Source: Eledone cirrhosa
Lineage: Eukaryota
Assembly (NCBI GenBank): GCA_964016885.1
Contig: OZ024743.1
Location: forward strand, 187,674,001 to 187,738,000
Direction of reading: 5' to 3'
DNA: 64,000 bases
Shown here in pieces: positions 11,737 to 24,851 of the stretch (the stretch's first letter is position 1; each line of letters begins with the position of its first letter). A program made the position numbers and the translations under genes. The notes beneath the pieces were generated by a model, which saw nothing but the letters and a program-made list of their open reading frames with translations, searched no databases and had not been told where the DNA came from.

Positions 11737-11920
11737 TTAAGGCTAAAAGTTGAGTCTTGTTACTCTGGATATTGCCTGTTTTTCACAGGGTCATCACATG
11801 ACCCTGTGATAAGCAGGCAAATCTCCAGAGTAACAAGACTCACTTTTCAGCCTTAATATAAATTAATATTTAAATTCTACTTCGGTATTGAGTACACCTT
11901 TCTCCTCGACTGTCAACCAT
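11736..11920 (+). mobile_element. Fold-back PLE-pLTR-like element (122-bp hairpin plus tail) with HHR remnant, family H1
   Basis: 11736-11794 is inverted with 11798-11857; homologous to the HHR-bearing element at 43385-43508. Confidence 0.8.
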
Positions 11921-12299
11921 ATATGGATATATATATATATATATTCTGAAAGGTTAAAATGAATCACTAGAGCTGCTAACCCATGTTCCAGCCATCCATC
12001 CATATATATCTTCCAGGTATCCATCTATTTCCCAATTGCAAATGTTCCGCTCACACTATTATTGTTGTATTTATCATTTCACTAGCCTCCACAACACATT
12101 TATTTTTTACCCTCATTTTCTTTTCCCATGCTGTCTCTCTACGAAGTCATCTACTCCCTTTCTCTCTCTTACATTATTATTAGTATTGTTGTATTTATCA
12201 TTTCGCTGTCTCTACGAAGTCATCTACTCCCTTCGAAATACTAACATTAACATTTTGTCTTGTCTAATATAGCTACTCGTATCGGTTTATTTTGCCCTG

Positions 12300-15200
12300 A
12301 GAATCTATAGGCCATGATGGCTACCTATCTCACAATTTGACCAACCAATCAAACCTCAGCATGTCCCTCCCCACTCATTAGCAACCACAACAAACTCTGC
12401 CATTACTACTACTACCTACCTCTCTCCTCACCCATTCCAGCCCCAACACACCCTGCCATTATTACCACCCCCACTGTTCTTCTAGCCCTGAATTCTCCTA
12501 CCGTTATGTATAGATGAGCTGAAAATAAATGGAGCAACCCCGAATTAATAAATGAAAATGAATATGAATCTGCAAGCTACGAAGCACCTATGTGAAGCTT
12601 CAATTCAGAGACAGGAAGCATACACACACCCCTGTAAAAGTCGACCCTTTCCACGAATGTTGACAAATGGCCAAAACTCCGAGTTGGTACCATCGATGTA
12701 AGCACAATTAAAGGCAGAGCAGGAGAAATCGTAGAGATGCTAGAGCGAAAGAATGTATGCTGTGTGCAAGAGACTAGATGGAGAGGAGTGTCTGGTAGAG
12801 TCCTTGTAAGAAAAAGTCAGTGCTACAAATTTTTCTGGGTGGGAAATGATGATGGGATGGGTGGTGTAGGTATCCTACTAGCTGACTAGTGGGTAGATAA
12901 GGTAATCTCAGTGAACAGGGTAAATGCAAGAATCATTAAACTCAGACTAGTCCTGAATAAAACAATTACCACAATAATATCAGCTTATGCACCCCAATCA
13001 GGGTTGCCAGACGAACTTAAAGATAGGTTTTACGAGTCCCTAATGCACACTACTGCTCTAACAAACGACAATGACTTTCTAATCATTGCAAGAGATTTTA
13101 ACGGACACGTAGCGTAGGTAAACACCGTGACAGCTTCTATAGAGTCCATGGAGGCCATGGGATTGGCACAAGAAATTCTGCGACGCCAATGACATGTCGA
13201 TATGTAACACAAACTTCAAAAAACCCAACAACAACCTGATCACCTATAGATCAGGGGAACATTCTAGGCAGATGGACGGTCGTAAACACAAAAGCCTTCC
13301 CGACTGATGAATGTACCTCCCAACATAACTTAGTTGTCAGCAACCTCACTGTCAGAACTAGACGAACTTGGAAACAGAAGGCAACCTGAAGAAGAAAGAT
13401 GCATGGAAGAGCCATTATGAAAGATTACTAAATGAGGAGAATGCATGGGAAGAAGAGACCCTACCCCAAGTAGACCCTATAGAGGGGCCAGCAATACAAG
13501 TCAGCAGCAGCGTAGTAAGTAAGGCAATCAAAGATATGAAGACGGGGAAGGCAACCGGTCTATCGGGTATAGCTGCCGAGATGCTGAAGGCATCTGGGTC
13601 GGTAGGTCACACCATAACCACACGTATTGTTAACCAGGTAATACTAGAAGGTGTCATACCAAAGGATTGGTGCAGTAGCATAATTGTCAACTACTACAAA
13701 GGTAAAGGTGATGCACTAGATAGAGGTATGAAGCTGATAGACCATGTGATGAAAGTAACAGAAAGAGTTATAGCACAGTTGATTAGGGACATGTGAAACT
13801 AGATGAGATTCAATTTGGCTTTGTGCCAGGAAGAGGTACCACTGATGCCCTCTTCCTTGTGAGGCAGTTACAGGAAAAGTACCTAGCTAAAAGTAAGCCA
13901 CTCTACCTGGCATTCGTCGATCTTGAGAAAGCCTTTGACAGAGTTCCCCATGCTACAATCTGGTGGGCTCTTAAAAAACTAGGAGTAGGTGAATGGCTTG
14001 TGAAAGCGGTACAAGCCATGTATAGGGGAGCAGTCAGCAAAGTTAGGATTAGCAATGAGTATAGCGAGGATTTTAGCGTACAGGTCGGTGTCCACCAGGG
14101 CTCTGTTTTTAGCCCTCTCCTGTTGATCATAGTCCTGCAGGCAATAACGGAGGAATTTAAGACCGGATGCCCATGGGAACTCCTGTATGCAGATGACCTC
14201 GCACTTATAGCTGAATCTATGGTAGAACTAGAGAAGAAATTCCAAACTTGGAAGCAAGGACTAGAAAGAAAGGGTCTCAAAGTCAACCTGACAAAGACTA
14301 AGGTCCTTGTAAGTAGACAAGAAAACAGAACCCAGATCCCCTCAGGGAAATGGCCTTGCTCAGTATGTAGGATAGGTGTAGGTAGGAACTCCATTCTCTG
14401 CCCCAAATGCAAACAATGGGTACACAAGAGATGTAGCGGGATCTCACAAAACTTAACTAAGAATGTAGGCTTCACATGCAGCAGCTGTGCTGGGACAGCA
14501 AGCAGCAAGCAGCCACAGGAAACAAGTACCACCAAACTATGGGAGGGCTCTGTAGAAACAGTAGACAGCTTCTGCTATCTAGGTAACCAAATTAGCAGCA
14601 GAGGTGGGTGTTCGGAAAGTACAATAACTAGGGTAAAAACGGGATAGAAGAAGTTCAGGGAGCTACTCTCACTGCTAGCTGCAAAAGGCTTTTCCCTCAA
14701 AATGAAAGGCTGACTGTATGATGCGTGTATACGAACAGCAATGTTACATGGTAGTGAGACATGGGTGCTGTCTGTGGAAGACTTGTGTAGATTAGAAAGA
14801 AACGAGGCCTGCATGCTCCGATGGATGTGTAATAGTAATATACTCGAATAGCAAAGCATAAATGAATTGAGAGAGAGACTGAGCATAAGATGAATCAAAT
14901 GCTGTGTGCAGGAGAGGCAGTTGCGTTGGTATGGACATGTGATGCGTATGAAGGATGACAGCTGCATAAAAAGGTGCAGAACACTAGAAGTCGATGGAAA
15001 CCGCGAACAGAGGAGACCCAAGAAGACCTGCGATGAGGTGATAAAAGCCGACCTTACCCAATTACGCCTCTCAAAGGCGATAAAACATGACCGTGACCTC
15101 TGGCGTCACGCAGTAATACAGAAGACCCGAACCCCCATGAGTACAAGCCGAAGCTGAAGCATATAGACAATATACCCCCCACAGCCTCCCACTGCAAAGT

Positions 15201-15460
15201 GGTCGTGGAGGTGCCACGGCGAAAAAGCACCCAGCCCACACTGTAAAGTGGATGTGTAGGTGCGACGGAAAAAAAACCACCCAGCACTCACTGTAAATGA
15301 GGTTATGTGTTAGGAAGGGCATTAAGCTGTAGAAATCAAGCCAGAATCAGTTCCCGTATGAGCAAGACAAGGTCAGCGGACTGGACACTGCCCACAACAG
15401 GACAACCCGTCTAACCCATGCTAGCGTGGAAGAACGGACGTAAAACGATTATGATGATAT
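12300..15460 (+). mobile_element. RTE LINE, near full length (APE endonuclease + RT), degenerate with internal deletions
   Basis: APE motifs CVQETRW, GVGILL, SAYAPQ. RT QFGFVPGRGTTDA, FVDLEKAFDRV, GVHQGSVFSPLL, YADD, FCYLG. (GAT)n tail. The 5' boundary is approximate. Confidence 0.92.
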
Positions 15461-15499
15461 ATGTGTGCGTGTGTGAATTCCAAATGCAGAAAATAAATG

Positions 15500-15657
15500 T
15501 AATAACAGTTAATCGCTATAAGTAATAGCTTCGAAAGTCAGGCAAAATACTCTGATACAGTGTGGAATTGGTCACCAGCTGCTTATCCCCTTTACTCTCT
15601 ATACAGGCATTTAACCCAACTTTCTAAGCTATAATTTATAGTGATTGGCTGTTATTA
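15500..15657. repeat. Imperfect ~42-bp inverted repeat pair (15500-15541 / 15616-15657)
   Basis: taataacagttaatcgctataagtaatagcttcgaaagt versus the reverse complement taataacagccaatcactataaattatagcttagaaagt. Confidence 0.7.
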
Positions 15658-15725
15658 CAGTAATGTTCAGTGTTTGGCATACCAGGATTTCCAAATTTTG
15701 AAATATTCGTATATATCATATATAT

Positions 15726-15915
15726 TATAAAGAGTTGGGACCCTGGTGGGAGTGCTCTTGCTGTTTCAACAGCTAGGTCCAGACTCCTGCCTAAAACTAG
15801 CTGTTGAAATGGTAAGAGTTCAGCCATCTGGGTCCTGAATCATTATAATATAACCATACTCCAGTACCCCAAGTATCAAGTACTCTGTTGAGTAATGTTC
15901 TAACCAGTTTCAAAT
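15726..15915 (+). mobile_element. Fold-back PLE-pLTR-like element, family H2 (old copy)
   Basis: ctagctgttgaaatggtaagagttcagccatctgggtcctg matches 45483-45523, is preceded by its inverted copy and is followed by the same tail (agtatcaagtac). Confidence 0.7.
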
Positions 15916-15944
15916 TGAATCCTTCCTGATTTACATTTCATTTC

Positions 15945-16280
15945 ACTTCATTTTCATTTTACGTCCACTTTTCCCTGCTTGCAAGAGTGGGACGGGAACT
16001 GATTGTGGCTTGATTTCTACAGCTGGATGCCCTTCCTAACACCAATCTCATTTACAGTGAGTGCTGGGTGCTTTTTTGCCGTGGAACCTCCACGACCACT
16101 TTGCAGTGGAATGATAGGGACTCCAGTCCCTATCATCTCATTTCTACAGTTGACTAAACTGGAGCAATGTGAAATAAAGTGTCTTGCTCAAGGAAACAAC
16201 ACATCACCCGGTCTGAGAATTGAACTCACAACCTCTCGATTGAAAGGCCAATGCTCTAACCACTAAGCCATGTGCCTCCA
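15945..16280 (-). mobile_element. SINE family B (tRNA head, CORE-like centre, RTE-derived tail)
   Basis: Reverse complement of 20360-20690. Confidence 0.88.
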
Positions 16281-16314
16281 TTAGCCATGTGCATCCATGA
16301 TATATATATATATA

Positions 16315-17272
<958 letters not shown>

Positions 17273-17798
17273 CACTTAGACACATACATATATAACTATG
17301 TTCGTAACCACTAATGAAATATAGTACTTGAAATATAAAACAAAACAATAACATAAAGTAATGCAAGCCAAACGAAGCTTTGGTTTTTATGCACTGATAC
17401 CTTTTTTTAATAAATATATTCCCCATCATATAAAACCATGACCCAGGGGAGTTCTCTTGAAATACTGGAAGTTCTTTCACAAAACCTAGCACCAATTTAA
17501 TGATTAGTTCGCAGAGGTTCCGATAGAATTTTACAAAGATATATTGACTGGTTGAATGAATGATTTGTCTACAGACTAATCACACTATTTCATTCTTTTA
17601 TTTCTTTTCGGATAATCTTACTGTGTATGTAACAAACTAACAGTATTTTATTGACATCAGTTCTGAGATTTCTTTATATATCATGAAATTGAGAGAAAGT
17701 ATAGACAGTAGTCACAAATATAGCTCTATGCATAAGGCTAATCAAGTCCTTGTGAGTGAAATTTGGTAAATTTGGTAGAAAAAAATCTATGCAGAAAC

Positions 17799-17845
<47 letters not shown>

Positions 17846-17930
17846 ATATATATATATGTGTGTGTGTGTGTGTATATATATATATGTATGTACATATATA
17901 TATATGTATGTAGGTAAATATATATATATT

Positions 17931-17988
<58 letters not shown>

Positions 17989-17993
<5 letters not shown>

Positions 17994-19878
17994 AACCAAG
18001 TCATACAGAATGGGTTCGTTCCGAAGGACTGGTGCAGCAGCATCATCATTAACTGCTATAAGGGTAAAGGAGATGCCCTAGATAAGGGAAACTATAGAGG
18101 CATTAAATTAATTGAGCAGGTCATGAAGATTCACAGAAAAAGTAATAGTGCAACTAATCAGAGAGCGAATTGATCTAGACGAAATGCAGTTCGGGTTTGT
18201 GTCAGGTAAAAGTACAACAGACGCTCTTTTCATTGTACGACAACTACAGGAAAAGTACCTAGCTGAAAGTAAACCCCTAAACTTAGCTTTTGTTGACTTG
18301 GAGAAAGCCTTTGACAGAGTACCCTGCTCGATTATCTGGTGGGCCCTTAGAAAACTAGGTGTTGATGAATGGCTTGTCAGAGCTATACAAGCTATGTATA
18401 AAGAAACAGTCAGCATGGTTAGAATTAACAACAAATATAGTGAAGAGTTTAGCGTAAAAGTTGGTGTTCATCAGGGCTCCGTCCTTAGCCCCCTACTATT
18501 TATTATTGCCCTTCAGGCTATAACAGAGGAGTTCATGACCGGCTGCCCATGGGACTTCTATACGCAGATGATCTAACGCTCATAGCTGAATCAATGGCTG
18601 AACTAGAGAAGAAAGTCCAAACATGGAAGCATGGCCTAGAATCAAAAGGCCTTAAAATTAACCTATCTAAGACTAAAGTTCTAGTTTGTAGGAAGGAAAA
18701 TAGGGCACTGGTCCCATCTGGGAAATGGCCATGCTCAGTGTGTAGGAAAGGAGTATGGTGTGTGGGTGCATAAAAGATGTAGTGGGATCATAGGTAAGCT
18801 AACTAAGAATATAGATTTTATATGTGGCCGGTGATCAGGTGCAATAAGTAGCAGCAAGTGCCCACAGAATACTAGCTCATTCCAATGCACAGATGGTTCT
18901 ATAGAAATAGTGGACACCTTCCGTTACCTGGGTGACAAAATCAGTGGGGGAGCGTGCTCCGAAAGTACAGTAGCTAGAGTCAGAACGGGATGGAAAAAGT
19001 TCAGGGAGCTTATACCAGTATTGGCCATTAAAGGTTTCTCTCTAAAAATGAAAGGCAGGCTGTATGATGGCTGCATACGAACAGCAATGTTACATGGCAG
19101 TGAGACTTGGGCATTGTGTGCAGAGGATATATGCAGACTGGAGAGAAACGAAGCTTGCATGCTCCGCTGGATGTATAATAGTAATATACGTGAACGGCAA
19201 AGCATAAACGAACTAAGGGAGAAATTAGGAATAAGAGGAATCTGATGTTGTTTACTCGAGAGAAGACTACGTTGGTATGGTCACGTGATGCGCATGAAAG
19301 ACGACAGCTGTATAAAAAAGTGCAGGGCGATAAAAATAGACGGTAGCCACGGAGTAGGCAGACCCAGAAAAACCTGGGACGACTTGATAAATTCCGACTT
19401 CACACACTTACACCTCTCCAAGATAATGTTACTGGACCAAGATCTTTGGCGCTACACAGTAATACAGAAGACTCGCCTTGCCTAAGTACAAAGTGAAACC
19501 TACAGTCAGTAGGCACCTCTAACAAAAATACACCCCCGCCTCACCACCCCCACCCCATCCACACCACCCCTTTCGATGTAAGGTTATGTTGGTACCACAA
19601 CATCCAGTCCGAAATAAATGTGGTCGTGTAGGTGTCACGAAAAAAAAACACACAGTCCACGCTGTAATGTGGCCGTGTAGGTAACATGGTAAAAACCTCC
19701 CAGTCCACACTGTAAACGTGGTTGGTGTTAGGAAGGGCATCCAGCCGTAGAAAACCCACCAGACAGTCCTATACGAGCAAATCAACCAATCTTGCCTCAA
19801 GTGGGAAAACTCCCGGCCAAACCCATGCAAGCGTGGAAGATGGACGTTAAACGATGATGATGATCATGATGATGATGA
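17989..19878 (+). mobile_element. RTE LINE, 5'-truncated, frameshifted RT
   Basis: [55 protein letters not shown]; (GAT)n tail. Confidence 0.94.
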
Positions 19879-20359
19879 TATATATAGCTGTCGATAATCC
19901 TATTCACGCCACTGGGATGACACGGTGCAGTGTCTGTATTTTTATAAAATGCAACACGTGGTTCGAGTCATTCACAGATTTGCATTTGATGTGTAAACGC
20001 AGATGGTTGGTTCTTCTCCTTTGGTGACCATCCAGGATTTGATCGCTGTGATTGGTGAAATATATTTTTTATTTAAATATATTTTTTATTTAAAGAAATA
20101 TATACAAAGGAGATTAATCATTTGAAGTTCTAGTTAAACTTTAATTAGTTACCTACCTAGCTATGTGTGCTTACTTACAAATTATTCCCTGAGATTGTTT
20201 CATGTGTTTATTTTATATATATATATATATGTGTCAATCTATTTCTAGTTGATATAAAATGCTCAGATCTATTCATTGGAATCTTTGAGCTTATTCTGCA
20301 GTGAATATGGCACATGTCTCTCAGACATAACAACCTTAATTTAATTTTGTATATATATA

Positions 20360-20686
20360 TGGAGGCACATGGCTTAGTGGTTTGAGCATTGGCCTTGCAA
20401 TCGAAAGGTTGTAAATTCAATTCTCAGACCGGGTGATGTGTTGTTTCCTTGAGCAAGACACTTTATTTCACATTGCTCCAGTTTACTCAGCTGTAGAAAT
20501 GAGATGATAGGGACTGGGGTCCATATCATTCCACTGCAAAGTGGTCGTGGAGGTGCCATGGCAAAAAAGCACCCAGCACTCACTGTAAATGAGATTGGTG
20601 TTAGGATGGGCATCCAGCTGTAGAAATCAAGCCAGAATCAGTTCCCGTCCCACCCTTGCAAGCAGGGAAAAAGTGGACGTAAAATG

Positions 20687-20690
<4 letters not shown>
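20360..20690 (+). mobile_element. SINE family B (tRNA head, CORE-like centre, RTE-derived tail)
   Basis: A-box TGGCTTAGTGG, B-box-like AATTCAATTCT and CCTTGAGCAAGACACTT. The 3' part matches the RTE 3' UTR at 15189-15358. Confidence 0.88.
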
Positions 20691-20720
<30 letters not shown>

Positions 20721-20721
<1 letters not shown>

Positions 20722-20801
20722 GGAAAATGTTTGACCCCGACGGCTATTTCTGGACTGGTGCATTATGGTCCATCTGGTTCCTTACCACACCTCCTTCGTT
20801 T
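20721..20801 (+). mobile_element. Miniature family-H2 element in (TA)n
   Basis: Starts aggaaaa..gaccccgacggct like 44574 and ends ggtgcattatggtcc..ctggtt.cttaccacac like 45569-45612. Confidence 0.75.
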
Positions 20802-21108
20802 TATATATATATATATAGGGATGTAATCACGGTAAGCATGTACGCATTTCTTCTAACTTTAAATTTATACCTAATTGAGTATGGTTGACGGTATATTTAC
20901 TCAATTTCTACACTCTGTTTATATGTTGGGTAAATATTCTATTGCGGTCAGCCACGAAGAGGCCGCTTTGTTTATTTATCAAATATTTCTTCATAGGAGC
21001 CTTTATTCTTATAGCCTGGTCTAATTGATTTTTTATGTGGTTAATTATGCTAATTGGGAGAGGAAATAGTGTATATATTTTATCAAATGATTCTTTGGAC
21101 ATAATTTA

Positions 21109-21145
<37 letters not shown>

Positions 21146-21477
21146 AATATATATATATATTTACATACATATATATATATATACACACGTGTGTGTGTAT
21201 ACATTTATATTGCTGCCTGTTTATATCTCAGAACATAGCAGTTCAGCAATTTGAGATTGATAAGATAAGTATCAGAATTAAAAATAATTATTGGAGGTGA
21301 TATGATCAAAAGGTAAACAAAGTGTTCTAACAAGAAATAAATCCAAAGACTGAAACCAGTAAAATAATAATAATAATTATTATGATAATGATAATAAAAA
21401 TAATAATAATGATGATATCTACTATAGGCACTAGGCCAGCAATTTTGGGAGAGGGAAAATTCAATTAAATCAACAAG

Positions 21478-22060
21478 CATTTGAAGACGGACAGAAAAAA
21501 GAATGTATGGGCAATTCCATAGAGATTTTGAAGATGAGAAAGACAGAGAAAATAGGTAGTTATGGATGGCTAAAAGTGATCTAAAACCGGAAACAGAAGA
21601 CTTAATCTGTGTTACTCAAGAACAAGCACTGAGAACTAACTACATCAAGCATAGAGTACACCTGTGTAACCATGAGATTGAACATAGGAGCCCAGATATT
21701 GTACTAAATGAGAAAAAAGCAAATAGTGTTGGATCATAGATATAGCCTGTCCAGCTGATAACAAGGTATGTGATAAAGAAGGAAAACATTGATAGATATG
21801 ACCGGTTAGCTTGGGAGGTTAAGCAGTTGTGGTCATACCAATAATAGTTGGAGTCTGAGGAACAGTGAGTAGATATCTTGAGAATTACATTAGACAAATA
21901 GGGATTGCAATCCAGATGGAACACATGCAAAAAGCAGCATTGCTTAGAACAGCTTGAATACTCTGAAGGATACTTGAAAAATAAGGGGTGCTATCTCAGT
22001 GAACAGCTAACACTGCAATACATCTCCAACATTCGAAGCTGAGCAAGGAAACAATAATAA
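21478..22060 (+). mobile_element. R4/Dong-like non-LTR retrotransposon 3' fragment (restriction-like endonuclease)
   Basis: MYGQFHR, LKPETE.LIC.TQEQALRTNYIK, SPDIV, IDIACP.D, RY.RLAWEVKQLW, MQKAALL.TA.IL. Confidence 0.82.
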
Positions 22061-23315
22061 TAGCCTGATTAAGAGGATATGGAAATGAAAGTATATTAAG
22101 AAGATTAAGTGGAATAACATTGATATAGGTGTTGAGGAAGAATATAAAAACAAACACTGCAATATCATATATTTGACAATTTTAATAGTAAATCAATCGT
22201 ATCTGAAGCATTTCAACTTTGAATCACGTGAAACTGCATTAACATGACATTCTTGAAAAATACAAAATAGCACCATGACTGCATTACATTAGTTATTCAA
22301 CTATTTACTCTAATACTACAAATTTTCACAATTATCTGTCCACTAGTTAAGATGCGGTAAACAAACCTGATTTTAGTCATTTTCTGTTAAATCATTATGA
22401 GATGTTAAGAATTAAAGATAGAATTATGAATGGCTTGGCTAAAATGTTTATTGCTCTTCGTAAAAAAATGCTATGAATAATGTATGTGTAATACCCATTA
22501 TAACATACATCATATAAAAGCAACCTACAGACATTCAAGAGATAATACTATTGTGTTTGGGAAATATTAAATAAGCTTTTTTTTTTTATTGCAAGCTGAC
22601 AGAAGAAATATTCATTTATAGAATGCATATAATCACTTGTAGAAAGAATTTATGAGCAGAGATAAAGCCATGTTCTGATGATATTCTTCAGATCATTGAT
22701 ATTAGTATAGACTGTTAGATAACGAAATATTTATTTTATGTCTGTATGATTTTATATCATGCTATGGTAGGCAATATTCTTACAGATGATTTTATTAACC
22801 ATAATCTTTGTGTTATTGTGGAAAAATAACAAAAAAATCCACATTTTTCAGAGTTTTAATTGTTTTACAAGTGAGTTGATCTGAGAGTGTGTGTTGAAAT
22901 TGAAGCAAATACATTGCAGTACTGTCATTTTAGCCATTTACACAATAAATGGTGTGTTAACCTTAATTTATTTCTTAAGAATATTTTCTACTATGAAATA
23001 TCAAAAGGCTTTGTTACACTTTTGGGACATTGTTTTAAGTTGACATAGAATCAGAAATGATGAAGTGATAAGTTAAATAAATTTCTTACAGTATATATGT
23101 TTAATCCTAAATATATTCACTTCAATCCCACTTGGAACATTAACATAGCTACCAGGTATGTACAGGTATTGATATATCCTCTCTTGTAGTCTTCTAAATT
23201 TTGTTTTTCTTTTACTCTAGTGATATTGTGTTTCCCAAAATTCTCCAATTGAAAGTCACGAGTATTTTATTTTTCGAAATAATCATATATTATTTCTCTT
23301 ATACATTGCTTTATG

Positions 23316-23438
23316 ATCTGAGTTCAAATCTCGCCGAGGTTAACTTTGCTTTTCATCCTTACGGGGTCGATAAAATAAAGTACCAGTAATGTACTGGGTA
23401 ATTTGCTGGCCTTGTGCCAAAAAATAGAAACAATTATT
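23316..23438 (+). mobile_element. SINE family A, 5'-truncated
   Basis: gagttcaaatctc...tttcatccttacggggtcgataaaataagtaccag. Confidence 0.85.
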
Positions 23439-23883
23439 TCTCTTATGTATATTACTATCACCCTCTTTCTGTCTACCCCTTCTCTCTTCCCCATATACAC
23501 AAGATGAACACATCTGTCTAACACTAGCAGCAGAGATACTGGAAATATACACATTATTGACCTTGTCGAAACCTCAGAACACTGCTTAAAGACAACTAAC
23601 TATCAACACTGTTGGAGCAGATGATGCTATGCCATATTGTCATTTATGTTACAATAGTAGATATAATAACACCACATGTTTTGAAAATACCAGTTCACCA
23701 GCTTATCCATTTCAAATTCCATTTATTTTATATCACATCTGAACAAGTGGGCCATATTTGCGACCATGAAACTCTTTGATAATGCAAAATTAAGTCAACC
23801 TGTTAATCTAAATATTCTCAACTTCCACATTATATGTTAACTGCTCTTTTCTTTCTTTTGTACCCAAACTTGTATGTATGTAT

Positions 23884-24211
23884 GTAAATATCATCTTGGT
23901 TAAGAGAGTGGGACTGGCTTTGTGCAGTGCCTTTGCTCACTATAAAAGCTTCACGGCACAGGCATTGCTTTATATCTGGAGATCTCTCTGCACTTGTCCT
24001 CACATGGTACCATGGGCCCAGCACTATGTGTCAATAATTGTCACAAGTGTAGTGTTTGTACCAGAGTTTTCAAGTCGCTGGCTGGACTAAAAAGTCACAC
24101 TCGTTCAGCGCATCGGTAGGGGTCCTCCTACATGGATATAAAGTAGTGGCCGTACTCGAAAACGAGTTGGCAGCCACCATGTATGTATGTATGTATGTAT
24201 GTATGTATGTA
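23884..24211 (+). mobile_element. Short LINE derivative ending in a C2H2 zinc-finger remnant, 3' UTR and (TATG)n tail
   Basis: 24018-24119 translates PALCVNNCHKCSVCTRVFKSLAGLKSHTRSAHR*; flanked by (TATG)n on both sides. Confidence 0.7.
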
Positions 24212-24610
24212 TTCATGTCTATATTATGAATTTGTTATAAATTTCCAGATGGCTGGTTCAATAACCGGATGGTTGTTTATATATTGTCAAAGCTCTTTTG
24301 TCACACATTCTGTGACCTCCTCAGTGACTGATTTCTTATTTTGTGTCTCTCATTTGTTCTAAAACAAGATGATGTAAAGCAAAACAAAGAAGGGACACAA
24401 CATATGTGTGACAAAAGAGCTTTGACAATATATAAACAACCATCCAGTTATTAAACAAATCAACTGGAAATTTATAATAAATTGAAGTGAAAACCAACAG
24501 GTGCGTGTGTTTTGTTGGCAGGATGACCCTCCCAAAGTATAACAATATCTGATTTGACACAATTTTTTCAGATAAGAAATCTTGCAAAACAAATTAAAAA
24601 ACGAAAATAT
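24212..24610. mobile_element. Fold-back element with degenerate HHR (family H3)
   Basis: Inverted repeat 24229-24309 / 24404-24483. Minus strand 24286-24328 reads GUCA CUGAGGA G GUCAC AGAAUGU GUGAC AAAA GAGCUU UGAC. Confidence 0.65.
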
Positions 24611-24851
24611 ATATGTGTGTGTGTGTGTGTATAAGGAAAATGATGAAAAGATGGTTTGAAAAGCACATTTGATATATATTGTATATAAAGGATATTTATA
24701 ACATGTACAAAAATTGATGTTAATAATTGATGTTTAGCAAAGCCTACTTTCTCTATATTAGGTTATCAAAGCATTTGTTATTAGGTTAAGTTATTTTGAC
24801 ACTCCAATATGGATTGTACATGTTATAAAGATCCTTTATATATATATATAT

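Noticed and set aside
22670-22745. CTGATGA...CGAAA possible hammerhead
   Set aside because: Stems I and II do not pair convincingly.
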